This document shows positions 37,076-46,742 of a DNA stretch of 64,000 bases, in pieces. Below the pieces are notes generated by a model. It ran no database searches. It saw only the letters and a program-made list of their open reading frames with translations, and was not told the origin of the DNA. Origin of the DNA: an uncultured Rhodospirillaceae bacterium. Lineage in GTDB: Bacteria > Pseudomonadota > Alphaproteobacteria > Rhodospirillales > UBA2165. The number at the start of each line of letters is the position of its first letter. Within the stretch, counting starts at the first letter, position 1. The DNA lies in assembly GCA_964643045.1 (NCBI GenBank), contig CAZXSC010000001.1:66296-130295 (forward strand), written 5' to 3'. Made by a program: the position numbers and the translations under genes.

Positions 37076-38839
37076 TTATAATTTTTGCATTTTCACTAAT
37101 TTGGAAAAATGGCCGCCGTTATTTATTAGCTGACTAAAATTCCCACTCTCAATAATTTTTCCACTGTCAAGTACATATATGCTATTTGCCTTTTTAATGG
37201 TTGATAATCGATGAGCAATAATGAGCAAAGTTGTTTTGCGGGCAATTTTTTCAATCGAATCTTGAATTAACCGCTCGCTCTCGGTGTCTAGAGCACTTGT
37301 TGCTTCATCTAATAAAAGCAGATCAGGTTTACGTACCAAAGCCCTTGCTAAGGCGATTCGTTGCACTTGCCCGCCGGATAATTGGACACCGCGATCACCT
37401 ACGATCGTTTCAAGGCCGTTTTCAAGCTCGTTGATGAATTCGTTTGCATTCGCCTGACGACAGGCTTCTATTATATCATCGTTTGAAGCGGTTGGTTGAG
37501 CCCATAAAATATTTTTTCGGACAGACTCGTTGAAAAGAGAACTTTGTTGGGGCACGTAACCAAGACATTTTTTATATGATGTGATATCAAATTTATCGAA
37601 GGTTAAATCATTGATAATTATTTTTCCGTCGCTGATTTCATGAAGACCTAAGAGTATATCAGCAATAGTTGACTTGCCTGCACCAGAGGCTCCAACTAAT
37701 GCGGTTATTTCGTTCTTTGGGATAATTAAATTAATGTTTTCAAGAACGTTCTTCTTACCGGTATATGAAAAAGTGACATTATTAAATATTATAGGTTTTT
37801 TTAAATTGTCGAACTTGATTGTTCCAAAATTTGGCCGGTTAGTTTTTGCCTCGCTTCGTATATTGTTAATCTTCTCATAGCTAGGAACAAGTGTTAGCAG
37901 CTGATTCATGTTTGTTGATATTGCTCTTAATACGGCTGAAAGCCTATGGAAGGCTAGCAACATGACCACCGTTTCTGATATGCCAATGTTCAATTTTTGA
38001 CCAATTATATATGTGAAGAAAACTAAAATGATGCCAATAGGGTTATAGGCATAGAATACGGCGGACTGAATTATTTGAAGATTAATAGAAGTTTTGCGAA
38101 CTTTAGAGAATGATTTATCTAGTCGTTCTACTTCTTGAGTTTCATTTGCAAATCCAGAAATAATGCCGATATTTGAGAGAATTTCTTGTAATGTTGAACT
38201 AAATTCATTTGATACTTCAACATTTTTTTTCCCCCAATTGTATAGATGTTTTTGAGCTATCCTTAGGGGTGAAATTAATATGATAGCAAAAAAAATTGCT
38301 AGTGCTGATGTTTGTACGGAAATGTAAAAAGGTATAGCCAATAATACACCAGCTTGGATAAAGGGAGCAATTGATCGCGAAAGGGAGGTGAATGCATCTG
38401 CAACCTGCGCCACCTCTTTTATCATCACATTTATAAAATCACCTTGTCTCTTTCGATTTATGAAATTCATGCTGGAATAAAGCAAATCCTCGCATAAACC
38501 CAATGTGTAGGCTCTTCTAACGATAAATTGGCTCTTCAAAAGAAAATAAGTAATACCTACAGATATAAGACTACTAGCGACGCTCAAGGATACAAAAAGC
38601 GATATAAATCCCACTAAATTATCCGGCTGAATTCCAAAACTCTGGCATACATCAAAAATGGATTTGGCAATACCTTGAGGTGCATTTTCATTAGTAACTA
38701 ATGCGACGATCGGAGCGATTGAAATTACGTTGGCTGTATCAACAATAACGAGGAGCAAAGCCAAGCCTATATTAACAATAAATAAGCGAGGAAACTTGTT
38801 AAACAAGCCTGAGCAAAAGAAAAATAATAATTTAAGCAT
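37076..38839 (-). CDS. Fused ABC exporter (TMD-NBD, MsbA/PglK-like)
   Basis: 587 aa with six predicted N-terminal TM helices. Walker A GASGAGKST, signature LSGGQVQRIALARAL, Walker B LLLLDEATSALD. Confidence 0.88.
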   Translation of the reverse strand: MLKLLFFFCSGLFNKFPRLFIVNIGLALLLVIVDTANVISIAPIVALVTNENAPQGIAKSIFDVCQSFGIQPDNLVGFISLFVSLSVASSLISVGITYFLLKSQFIVRRAYTLGLCEDLLYSSMNFINRKRQGDFINVMIKEVAQVADAFTSLSRSIAPFIQAGVLLAIPFYISVQTSALAIFFAIILISPLRIAQKHLYNWGKKNVEVSNEFSSTLQEILSNIGIISGFANETQEVERLDKSFSKVRKTSINLQIIQSAVFYAYNPIGIILVFFTYIIGQKLNIGISETVVMLLAFHRLSAVLRAISTNMNQLLTLVPSYEKINNIRSEAKTNRPNFGTIKFDNLKKPIIFNNVTFSYTGKKNVLENINLIIPKNEITALVGASGAGKSTIADILLGLHEISDGKIIINDLTFDKFDITSYKKCLGYVPQQSSLFNESVRKNILWAQPTASNDDIIEACRQANANEFINELENGLETIVGDRGVQLSGGQVQRIALARALVRKPDLLLLDEATSALDTESERLIQDSIEKIARKTTLLIIAHRLSTIKKANSIYVLDSGKIIESGNFSQLINNGGHFSKLVKMQKL

Positions 38840-38880
38840 TATATCTTGCCGGGTTTAGTAAGCTCTAGTTTCAGAATCAT

Positions 38881-40116
38881 TTATCGATAGGTAGAGTGAT
38901 CGGATGGGCGTTCGTAGATGTTGGCCAATAGTTCCCAAGATGCTTCGCCTTTAGATGTCGGAGAACGTAAAAAAGAATCCTCATATTTTTTATAAAGGGT
39001 TTCATCAACATGCGGTATTTTAAATTCCGAAGAAACACTTGATACATGGTCGATGTTTAGTCTTTTTTGACCAAACCAACTTGAACCACAAATTATATCT
39101 TTTTTAAACCATTTTGAATTAGGTAATGCTTCTATCTCATTGCTGGTTAGAAAAATTATTGGTTTCCGGTAAAGCGAAACATAGGAAAGGGCGGTGCTGA
39201 AGTGAGATAAGGTGAGTATGGATTGTTTTATTAATTCTGCTGTTTTATCTGTTATAATTTTCCGCCCCCCAAAAATATTTTTGTTCTTTTGGTTTGTATA
39301 CGTAGTTTTCGGATGCGCAGCAATTATCACTTCGCAGCTTAAGTCTTTTTCTATTTTGTCAAATACTTTGCAAAGTGCAGGGTAATATGCCGCCTCTGAA
39401 ACTGGGGGAATGGCATTTAAAATTTCATAATCGGGATGATTTGTTAAACCGGAGTCTATAAATACAGCAAATGCCGTATTAGCGAAATTAGTTGGCTTGT
39501 TGGTTTTAAATTGAATGAGTTCAACATCTGAGCTTGCTACATCGAGTATTTTGGCACGCCATTTGTGTGGTGCCGCGTTTACGTTATGTGGATTAACGAA
39601 GCCTGCTCTCATCCAAACGTAAGGAGGCGGTAACCTCCAATATGTCATACCTATTTTGATAATAAAGAAAAGACGATGAAAAATCCTCTCCGAGAGTGCT
39701 TTGACGCAATTAATTTGATAGTAAACATACTCAAATAGATTAATGGAACCAGAAAAGTTTGGTAAAAAGCTATTTGGCACATTACCGAGCGAGGAGTGTA
39801 CGTAGCGCAACTTTCTTTCTTTTATAGCTTCATAAATCCAAACATTTGATGTAACTGGAACAAATAAGCGAATAATATCCTGGTATGAAAGACCGTCTAA
39901 TAGTTTGCCTACCTCATCAAAGTTCTTGGGTGTTTTTGCTTCGGGATGGCTTTTAAAATCACCCCGACTCAGTTTATCTGTATCGTATTGGAGCAATTTG
40001 CTAAATTGGATAATCGTTATTTGATAGCCAAGTTTTTTCATTTCCTCACACCCGAATCGCCTCCAGTCACGTTCGGTGAAAATGTGTGGAAAAATTAAAA
40101 CATAATGTTTGGGCAT
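38881..40116 (-). CDS. Hypothetical 411-aa protein; possible nonulosonate/Kdo-type (HP-motif) glycosyltransferase
   Basis: No canonical GT motif. VFIDSGLTNHPDY and EVIIAAHPKTTY followed by SHFSTALSYVSLYRKPIIFL recall the HP motif region of bacterial sialyltransferase and capsule-synthesis families. Confidence 0.35.
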   Translation of the reverse strand: MPKHYVLIFPHIFTERDWRRFGCEEMKKLGYQITIIQFSKLLQYDTDKLSRGDFKSHPEAKTPKNFDEVGKLLDGLSYQDIIRLFVPVTSNVWIYEAIKERKLRYVHSSLGNVPNSFLPNFSGSINLFEYVYYQINCVKALSERIFHRLFFIIKIGMTYWRLPPPYVWMRAGFVNPHNVNAAPHKWRAKILDVASSDVELIQFKTNKPTNFANTAFAVFIDSGLTNHPDYEILNAIPPVSEAAYYPALCKVFDKIEKDLSCEVIIAAHPKTTYTNQKNKNIFGGRKIITDKTAELIKQSILTLSHFSTALSYVSLYRKPIIFLTSNEIEALPNSKWFKKDIICGSSWFGQKRLNIDHVSSVSSEFKIPHVDETLYKKYEDSFLRSPTSKGEASWELLANIYERPSDHSTYR

Positions 40117-40149
40117 AAAAATTTGATAAAGTCTTTTAGGCTATAGTTA

Positions 40150-41187
40150 TTACGTATTATCCTTTGCCCGCTCCATGTCCTCAAATCGTCCAATATCTAT
40201 CCAATATTCATGTATAGGAAAGGCCACACATTTTTTGCCATCTTTTATCAGGTGTTCGAAGAACGAAGGCATATCTATGGCCAGACCTTCTGGCAATTTT
40301 TTTAGAGTTTCTGGTTGTAGAATATAAATCCCCCCATTTACAAGAAATTGATGTATGGGCTTCTCATCAATTGATAAAATTGCCCCGTTATCAACTTCGA
40401 CAACACCAAACGGCACCTGATGATCATATTCCCGGACACCCATTGTAGCCTTGGCGTTGCTCTGGATATGAAAATTAAGCATCTCACTAATATTTACTTT
40501 GGTTACCAGATCACCATTCATGACGATGATTGGTTGACCCCGAGCGTCGTCGATTAAACCTAAGGCTCCAGCAGTACCCAAGGGCGTATCTTCATCAAGG
40601 TAACGAATTTCGGATCCCCATTTTTCACCATTCCCAAAGTGTTTTTTAATCATATCACCTTTATAATTCACAGATATGTAGAATTTTCGGAAACCATATG
40701 AAATAAAATTCTCAATAATATTCTCAAGAAGCGGTTTTCCTCTAACTTCGATTAAAGGTTTTGGTTTTGCTTTGGTTAAAGGAAGTAAGCGTGTTCCTAA
40801 CCCGCCAGCCATTAACACCACCCAGTTATTCCGTTTAATTTTTTTGTTATACAAAAGGTCTATAGTTACCAGATCAATAACGTTGTCATTTTCGTTGACG
40901 ACAGGTACTTGATGAACTTTCCGTTCATTCATAGCTGCAAGAAGCTCATCCCTGTTGTAATTGGGCGTTATGCAAAAAGGTGATTTATTCATCACATTTT
41001 TAACAAAATTATCGATCGAAATTCCCTTCAATATACCTCTTCGAATGTCGCCGTCTGTTACTGTTCCAATAAGACATTTATTCTGATCGATGACCAAGGC
41101 GATCTGTAAAGCCGATTCTTCAATTATTTCAATCACGCTGCGAATTGGTGTATCAGGGGGTACAACTATTTGTTGCCAATTAGACAT
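40150..41187 (-). CDS. CBS-pair-containing sugar-phosphate nucleotidyltransferase (PtmE-like)
   Basis: Start reassigned to ATG 41187 (MSNWQQIVVPP), overlapping the upstream stop by 8 nt. Two CBS motifs are followed by VVLMAGGLGTRLLPLTKAKPKPLI. Confidence 0.75.
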   Translation of the reverse strand: MSNWQQIVVPPDTPIRSVIEIIEESALQIALVIDQNKCLIGTVTDGDIRRGILKGISIDNFVKNVMNKSPFCITPNYNRDELLAAMNERKVHQVPVVNENDNVIDLVTIDLLYNKKIKRNNWVVLMAGGLGTRLLPLTKAKPKPLIEVRGKPLLENIIENFISYGFRKFYISVNYKGDMIKKHFGNGEKWGSEIRYLDEDTPLGTAGALGLIDDARGQPIIVMNGDLVTKVNISEMLNFHIQSNAKATMGVREYDHQVPFGVVEVDNGAILSIDEKPIHQFLVNGGIYILQPETLKKLPEGLAIDMPSFFEHLIKDGKKCVAFPIHEYWIDIGRFEDMERAKDNT

Positions 41188-42181
41188 TATAGTCCCCGGG
41201 TTTATAACTGGCGATATTTTCTGAGTTTCTAAACCAATCGATTGTTTTGGTAATACCTTTTTTGAAACCGGAAAGATTTGCGTAAGCTGGCTGCCAGCCA
41301 ATCAACTCTTTGGCGAGACTATTGTCTGCCCAAAGTCGCTCAACTTCACTTAATTCTGGCCTCTTTCTTTTCTTGTCCTCTTCAATGTCTAGTGTGCAAC
41401 CAATTAAATCAGCTATAATCCGCGCCATATCGCCAATTGCAATTTCGAAATTACTACCGAGGTTTATTACTTTCCCCGAAATGTTTTCTGTTTTCAACAT
41501 CGCAAGAAATCCACCAACTGTATCAGTTATAAAACTGAAATCCCGTGTGGGGTGAGTAGCACCCAGTTTTATACAACCGCTTCCAGATAACATTTGTAAT
41601 ATTATCGTTGGAATTATAGCTCGGGCAGATTGGCGTGGTCCGTAGGTGTTAAATGGGCGAATGATATTTACTGGGGTTTCGAATGATCGTTGAAAAGCTA
41701 ATGCCATTTGATCCGCTGCAATTTTGGTGGCGGAATAAGGGGACTGTCCTTGTAGAGGGTGTGCTTCGGTTATTGGGACAAATTGAGCCGTGCCATAAAC
41801 CTCGCTGGTGGAGGTGTGGATTATTTTACTAACGGATAAATCTCTTCCAGCTTGTAAAACATTTAAAGTTCCCATTACATTTGTTTCAACATATGTTGCC
41901 GGTGAATGGTATGAATAAGGAATGCCGATCAAAGCCGCTAGATGAATTACGGCGTCACAATTTTTGATTGCCTGTCTTACACCAAAGGGATCCCTAATAT
42001 CCCCAGAAAAAATATCGAGAGAATTTTTGATGTCGTTATCAATTTGATCAAGCCATCCGCACGAATTAAAAGAATTGTAAAATACAAACGCACGAACATC
42101 ATAACCATCTCGAACTAAGGCTTCGGTTAAATGAGAGCCAATAAAACCATCTGCACCAGTTATAAGCACTTTTTTAATCAT
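41180..42181 (-). CDS. NAD-dependent nucleotide-sugar 4,6-dehydratase (LegB-like)
   Basis: MIKKVLITGADGFIGSHLTEALVRDGYDVRAFVFYNSFNSCGWLD and YSATK; 333 aa. It sits between a PtmE-like gene and a LegC-family gene. Confidence 0.7.
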   Translation of the reverse strand: MIKKVLITGADGFIGSHLTEALVRDGYDVRAFVFYNSFNSCGWLDQIDNDIKNSLDIFSGDIRDPFGVRQAIKNCDAVIHLAALIGIPYSYHSPATYVETNVMGTLNVLQAGRDLSVSKIIHTSTSEVYGTAQFVPITEAHPLQGQSPYSATKIAADQMALAFQRSFETPVNIIRPFNTYGPRQSARAIIPTIILQMLSGSGCIKLGATHPTRDFSFITDTVGGFLAMLKTENISGKVINLGSNFEIAIGDMARIIADLIGCTLDIEEDKKRKRPELSEVERLWADNSLAKELIGWQPAYANLSGFKKGITKTIDWFRNSENIASYKPGDYNV

Positions 42182-42193
42182 GATAGGATGTCA

Positions 42194-43405
42194 TCAACTA
42201 TTGTTTGACCTAAGCTCAATAGGTTTTTTGCGGATCAAAAATGGGCTGCTTGGTAAGTTAATTATTGATTTTTCTATTTTTTCAGCTATTGGCATCTCTG
42301 CCATTCGCGGAGAATTTCGATAAGGTATTAATTTGTGTAGTAAGCGCCAAGATGGCCTAGAATAAAATTTTGCATCATTTAACACCTGAAGTAATTGATC
42401 TTTGATATGGTAGTGTTTCTCATTAATCTTTATAGCATTCAACCAATAATTACTTCTGGAATTTTTTGGTTCCAAAACGAAGTCAATCTCCTTTATATTT
42501 TTAAATGCTTGCTTATATTTTTCCGCTAATACCCTTTTTTCTAAAACTGATTCTTCAAGCGATTCTAATTGTGCGCATCCCAAGGCGGCATTGATATTTG
42601 GCATACGATAATTGAAGCCAATCTTATCATGTATATAAGACCACGAATGTGATTTTTTTGCCGTAGTGCTTAGGTGCTTGGCTTCTTTAGCAATTTTTTT
42701 GTCGTTTGTAAGAATAGCGCCTCCCCCTCCTGTAGTTATGATTTTGTTGCCATTAAAACTAAGGGCTGCAGCAAGCCCAAATGTTCCGCAGTGCCGATTC
42801 TGATAATTTGATCCTAACGCTTCTGCGGCATCTTCTATCAATGTAATATTAAAATGATTGCTGATTTCGACTAAACTTTCAATCTCTACAGGATGGCCAA
42901 AGGTGTGCATCGGTAAAATGGCTTTTATGCGCCTTCCGGTAATTTTATTTCGTAATCCATTGGTAGTTTTTTCAGAAATCTCATCTAAATATGATTTAAG
43001 TAACTTAGGGTCTAAACCCAGAGTTTCTTCGCTAATATCTGAGAAATGTGCGAATGCATTACAATAACTTACGGCATTTGCTGTTGCTATGAAACTCAAT
43101 GCTGGAACAACGACCTCATCATTTGGTTTTACCCCAGCAAGAATTAAAGATAGGTGTAAAGCTGCAGTCCCATTTACTGTTGCGATAGCATATTTTGCTC
43201 CGGTATAGTCACAAAGATCTTTTTCAAACCGATCAACGTAGGAGCCCGCAGAAGATACCCAACCGGTGTCAAGACACTCTTTGATATATTCCCATTCATT
43301 CCCTTTAAATTCAGGCTCGTGAAGGACAATTTTATTGTCTGCAGGCCCAATTGTCCTTTGGATAGCTGAAAGTATTCTTTGGGTTAACTGGTTTGCTTTA
43401 TCCAT
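42194..43405 (-). CDS. DegT-family aminotransferase, LegC family
   Basis: IVLHEPEFKGNEWEYIKECLDTGWVSSAGSYVDRFEKDL is the N-terminal signature I associate with LegC. The SFNGNKIITTGGGG PLP-Lys region is present; 403 aa. Confidence 0.7.
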   Translation of the reverse strand: MDKANQLTQRILSAIQRTIGPADNKIVLHEPEFKGNEWEYIKECLDTGWVSSAGSYVDRFEKDLCDYTGAKYAIATVNGTAALHLSLILAGVKPNDEVVVPALSFIATANAVSYCNAFAHFSDISEETLGLDPKLLKSYLDEISEKTTNGLRNKITGRRIKAILPMHTFGHPVEIESLVEISNHFNITLIEDAAEALGSNYQNRHCGTFGLAAALSFNGNKIITTGGGGAILTNDKKIAKEAKHLSTTAKKSHSWSYIHDKIGFNYRMPNINAALGCAQLESLEESVLEKRVLAEKYKQAFKNIKEIDFVLEPKNSRSNYWLNAIKINEKHYHIKDQLLQVLNDAKFYSRPSWRLLHKLIPYRNSPRMAEMPIAEKIEKSIINLPSSPFLIRKKPIELRSNNS

Positions 43406-43443
43406 AGGTGAAATTATTGTGTATCTTAAAAAGTCGAATGTGG

Positions 43444-44391
43444 CTATGCATTGGAGAATTCATTTTTTATAGCCTGATTTAATGAAAGTGGGCTCCAAGA
43501 AAGCTGAGATATTGTTTTTTTTGGGTTTCCTAATATAACATTGGGCTCTCCTTTTCGGAGTGGAATTTTGCCGAACTTCAGAAGCTTTTCATCGGCATCG
43601 ATGCAATTAGCCGTCATTATCAAAAATTTTCTTAATTTTGTAGCACGTCCTGAGCACACATTATAAATATCAAAATTTCCGCGGCTTAAATCATCTGCAA
43701 TTTTACGGTAAACTTCACAAACGTCGCTGATAGCGATAAAATCCCGCTTTTGGTTACAGTGTGATAAATCAATTGACTTATTATTTCTTAATGCTTCGAC
43801 TACCTGTGGGATAATTTTTCTGGGATTGTCAAGTGAGCCAAATGGGAGAAATATTCGGGCTACTCTGGTTGGAATATCATAATAGTTTGATAGATGTTTT
43901 GCTGTTATTGTTTGTGTGAGTTTTGTAATTCCATAAAGTGAACTTGGATTTGGTTTTTTATTTTCAGCGTGTGCTTTATTAGATGGACCATACTCAGCTT
44001 CCGTACCAGTAATTATTATTCCACATCCTTTATCCTTTAAGACTTGAAAAAGAATTGGGATTGATCCGGAGTTTATTATTAAACCATTTTTAAAATCATA
44101 GTCATTGCTATTATAGTTATATGCAAATCCAGCATGTTGTATCCATAAATTAGGTTTATACTTATCAACAATTTTCGTCAGTGCTAATTTATTGCAAATA
44201 TCAAAATGCTCAAATTTAACTATTTTAGAGATATTAGAAACTCGCTTCGATTGAGGATCAGAATAACTATCAAGGGTTTTTGAATGTCCAGCTATTACGT
44301 GCCAATTATTTCGTGTAAACATTTGACATAGATGCATGCCAACAAAACTGGTTGCGCCAGTTATAATTACTGTCTTTCTGGCTCTATTCAT
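43444..44391 (-). CDS. NAD(P)-dependent nucleotide-sugar reductase/epimerase (SDR)
   Basis: VIITGATSFVGMHL and YGITK (YxxxK); 315 aa. It is the last gene of the CDP-hexose module. Confidence 0.75.
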   Translation of the reverse strand: MNRARKTVIITGATSFVGMHLCQMFTRNNWHVIAGHSKTLDSYSDPQSKRVSNISKIVKFEHFDICNKLALTKIVDKYKPNLWIQHAGFAYNYNSNDYDFKNGLIINSGSIPILFQVLKDKGCGIIITGTEAEYGPSNKAHAENKKPNPSSLYGITKLTQTITAKHLSNYYDIPTRVARIFLPFGSLDNPRKIIPQVVEALRNNKSIDLSHCNQKRDFIAISDVCEVYRKIADDLSRGNFDIYNVCSGRATKLRKFLIMTANCIDADEKLLKFGKIPLRKGEPNVILGNPKKTISQLSWSPLSLNQAIKNEFSNA

Positions 44392-44393
44392 CC

Positions 44394-44849
44394 CTAGTTT
44401 GTTGTCCAGCTGAAATCAATTACGGAATTCTCAATATTTAATTGTTCTGATTCCTCTGGGTTATGTGGAATAGTTGCACAGTTAGCTAAAAAAGCATCAG
44501 TGGGTCCAATATTTTGAAACCCATACCACAACATCGGTGGAATAGTAATCAAAGCATACAGATCACTAGGCCCAAGTAGAAACTCGTTGAATATTTTGGT
44601 TGAGGGACTGTTTTCTCGATCGTCATAAGCTACTAGGCGCACTCTCCCAATTGGAACAGCAATATTTAATGTCATTTCTTTGTGTCGTTTCCATGCTTTA
44701 ATAACATTTGGACGTATCATAGAAAAATACACCTCACCAAATTTTATAAAATGTGGTTCATTAGCTCTCAGCATGTGCATCACGGCCCCTCGATTGTCCT
44801 CAATTATCTCCAGTGGGCTAATAATTATCCCGCGAATAGGTGGCGTCAT
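44394..44849 (-). CDS. RmlC-like cupin (sugar 3,5-epimerase / ketoisomerase family)
   Basis: 151 aa. LEIIEDNRGAVMHML...GEVYFSMIRPNVIKAWKRHK resembles the dTDP-4-dehydrorhamnose 3,5-epimerase-like fold. Confidence 0.6.
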   Translation of the reverse strand: MTPPIRGIIISPLEIIEDNRGAVMHMLRANEPHFIKFGEVYFSMIRPNVIKAWKRHKEMTLNIAVPIGRVRLVAYDDRENSPSTKIFNEFLLGPSDLYALITIPPMLWYGFQNIGPTDAFLANCATIPHNPEESEQLNIENSVIDFSWTTN

Positions 44850-45925
44850 TCTTCAGAGTCTGAAATATAGGATGATATTTGAGCCATTGTCAGGTCGATG
44901 GGATTTTTGCCGTCATCGACGTTTTTGTACCAATCGATGGTTTCTGTTACGCAGCGTTCAAAATTCCAAACAGGCCTCCAGGCTAATTGGGATTTAGCTT
45001 TGTCGCTGGATAACATGAGTAAGTTTGATTCATGTGGTGAAGTTGGTTCTTCGGTTATTTTTACCGAGCCCTCTCCCCAAACCTTCACCGCAAATCTAGC
45101 AAGATCTTCAACAGAGTGTACATTTTCGGTGTCGGGTCCAAAATTCCAGGACCCTTTTATACTTTCCGAGTTTTCAAGAATTTTGGCTGCCAAAGTCAAG
45201 TAACCGGATAGTGGTTCTAATACATGTTGCCAGGGCCTTGTAGCTCCAGGGTTTCTGATTTCAATAGGGTATCTGCCTTTGATGGCGCGAACGCAATCAG
45301 GAACAATTCTATTGCTTGATAAATCGCCTCCGCCTATTACGTTGCCTGCGCGTGTAGTTACTGCCCCAATATTTTTCTTTTCTTTCAGAAATGACTGATA
45401 ATATCCCTCAAAAACATTTTCGGTGGCAGCCTTTGATGCAGAATAAGGATCCTGACCACCAAGCTCATCATTTTCTCGGTAACCCCATAACCATTCTTTA
45501 TTCTTGTAACATTTGTCGGAAGTTATAAAAATCAAAGCCCTGACATTGTTACAATTACGCACTGATTCCAATAAATTTATACTGCCTCCAATATTTGTGT
45601 CGAATGTTTCTTTAGGGTTTTGATAACCATGTCTAACCAGTGCTTGGGCTGCAAGGTGGATAATTATTTCTGGTTTAGTTTTCTCAATCACATTATTAAT
45701 AGAATCATATTGACGGATATCACCATTATATTGGGCTATTCGACTGTCTAATTTAAGTTGTTCAAATAATGGCGCGTCAGGTTTCGGCGGTAGAGCAAAA
45801 CCTGAAACGTTTGCACCCAAATCAATTAACCAAGTGCAGAGCCAACTTCCCTTAAAGCCAGTTGATCCAGTTACTAGAACACGCTTTCCTTTGAGCTTAT
45901 TTAAACTGTTGAGCGAAATTGTCAT
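44846..45925 (-). CDS. rfbG: CDP-glucose 4,6-dehydratase
   Basis: KGKRVLVTGSTGFKGSWLCTWLIDLGANV and YSASKAATE; 359 aa. A 4-nt overlap links it to rfbF. Confidence 0.85.
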   Translation of the reverse strand: MTISLNSLNKLKGKRVLVTGSTGFKGSWLCTWLIDLGANVSGFALPPKPDAPLFEQLKLDSRIAQYNGDIRQYDSINNVIEKTKPEIIIHLAAQALVRHGYQNPKETFDTNIGGSINLLESVRNCNNVRALIFITSDKCYKNKEWLWGYRENDELGGQDPYSASKAATENVFEGYYQSFLKEKKNIGAVTTRAGNVIGGGDLSSNRIVPDCVRAIKGRYPIEIRNPGATRPWQHVLEPLSGYLTLAAKILENSESIKGSWNFGPDTENVHSVEDLARFAVKVWGEGSVKITEEPTSPHESNLLMLSSDKAKSQLAWRPVWNFERCVTETIDWYKNVDDGKNPIDLTMAQISSYISDSEE

Positions 45926-46719
45926 TTAAACCAATGTGCTTTGCCGTCGCCATAGATTTGGTTTAGTAATTCATAGTCCCTTCTAGTATCCATACATTGC
46001 CAAAAGCCATCATGAGCATACATCATCATTTGACCATCTTTAGCAATTTTGCGCATAGGATCCGCTTCAAGGGTTTCGTCTAATCTGTGGGTATCGAGAT
46101 AGTCAAAAATTGAGCTCTGGCATACAAAATAGCCGCCTGAAATTCGCCCCCCAGAGGTTTGTGGTTTTTCGTTAAATTTGGTTACTTGGCCCAGTTTATT
46201 TTCTTGCAACTCGCCAAAACGGCCAGGTGGACGGACACCGCAAACAGTCATTATCTTGCCGTGATCTTTGTGAAAAGATATGAGAGCTTCTATATCAACA
46301 TCGCTTAGCCCGTCACCATAGGTTAGCATAAAGCACTCATCAGTTCCAATAAAGCTGCGGATTTGTGAAACTCGAGAGCCTGTTAGTGTCTCTATACCTG
46401 TTTCAACAAATGTTATTTTCCAGTCCAAAGATTTTTCTTCGTCATGATATAAAATTTTCTCCTGGTTGCTGAAATCAACTGTAAAATTACTTGTTAGTGT
46501 TCGATAGTTCAGAAAAAATTCTTTTATTATTTCGGATTTATAACCTAGGCATAAAATAAATTCTTTATAACCAAAATCTGCATAGGACTTCATAACATGC
46601 CAAATTATTGGATAATTTCCGATCGGTATCATGGGTTTGGGTAGATTCTCATTGACATCTTTTATACGGGTTCCTTTTCCACCACAAAGGATAACGACTT
46701 TCATTGAATTTTCTATCAT
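45922..46719 (-). CDS. rfbF: Glucose-1-phosphate cytidylyltransferase
   Basis: MKVVILCGGKGTRIKDVNENLPKPMIPIGNYPIIWHVM. The ATG at 46719 has AGGAAG upstream; the alternative start is 46704. Confidence 0.85.
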   Translation of the reverse strand: MIENSMKVVILCGGKGTRIKDVNENLPKPMIPIGNYPIIWHVMKSYADFGYKEFILCLGYKSEIIKEFFLNYRTLTSNFTVDFSNQEKILYHDEEKSLDWKITFVETGIETLTGSRVSQIRSFIGTDECFMLTYGDGLSDVDIEALISFHKDHGKIMTVCGVRPPGRFGELQENKLGQVTKFNEKPQTSGGRISGGYFVCQSSIFDYLDTHRLDETLEADPMRKIAKDGQMMMYAHDGFWQCMDTRRDYELLNQIYGDGKAHWFK

Positions 46720-46742
46720 GGGTTTGTCTTCCTTTTTTGCGG

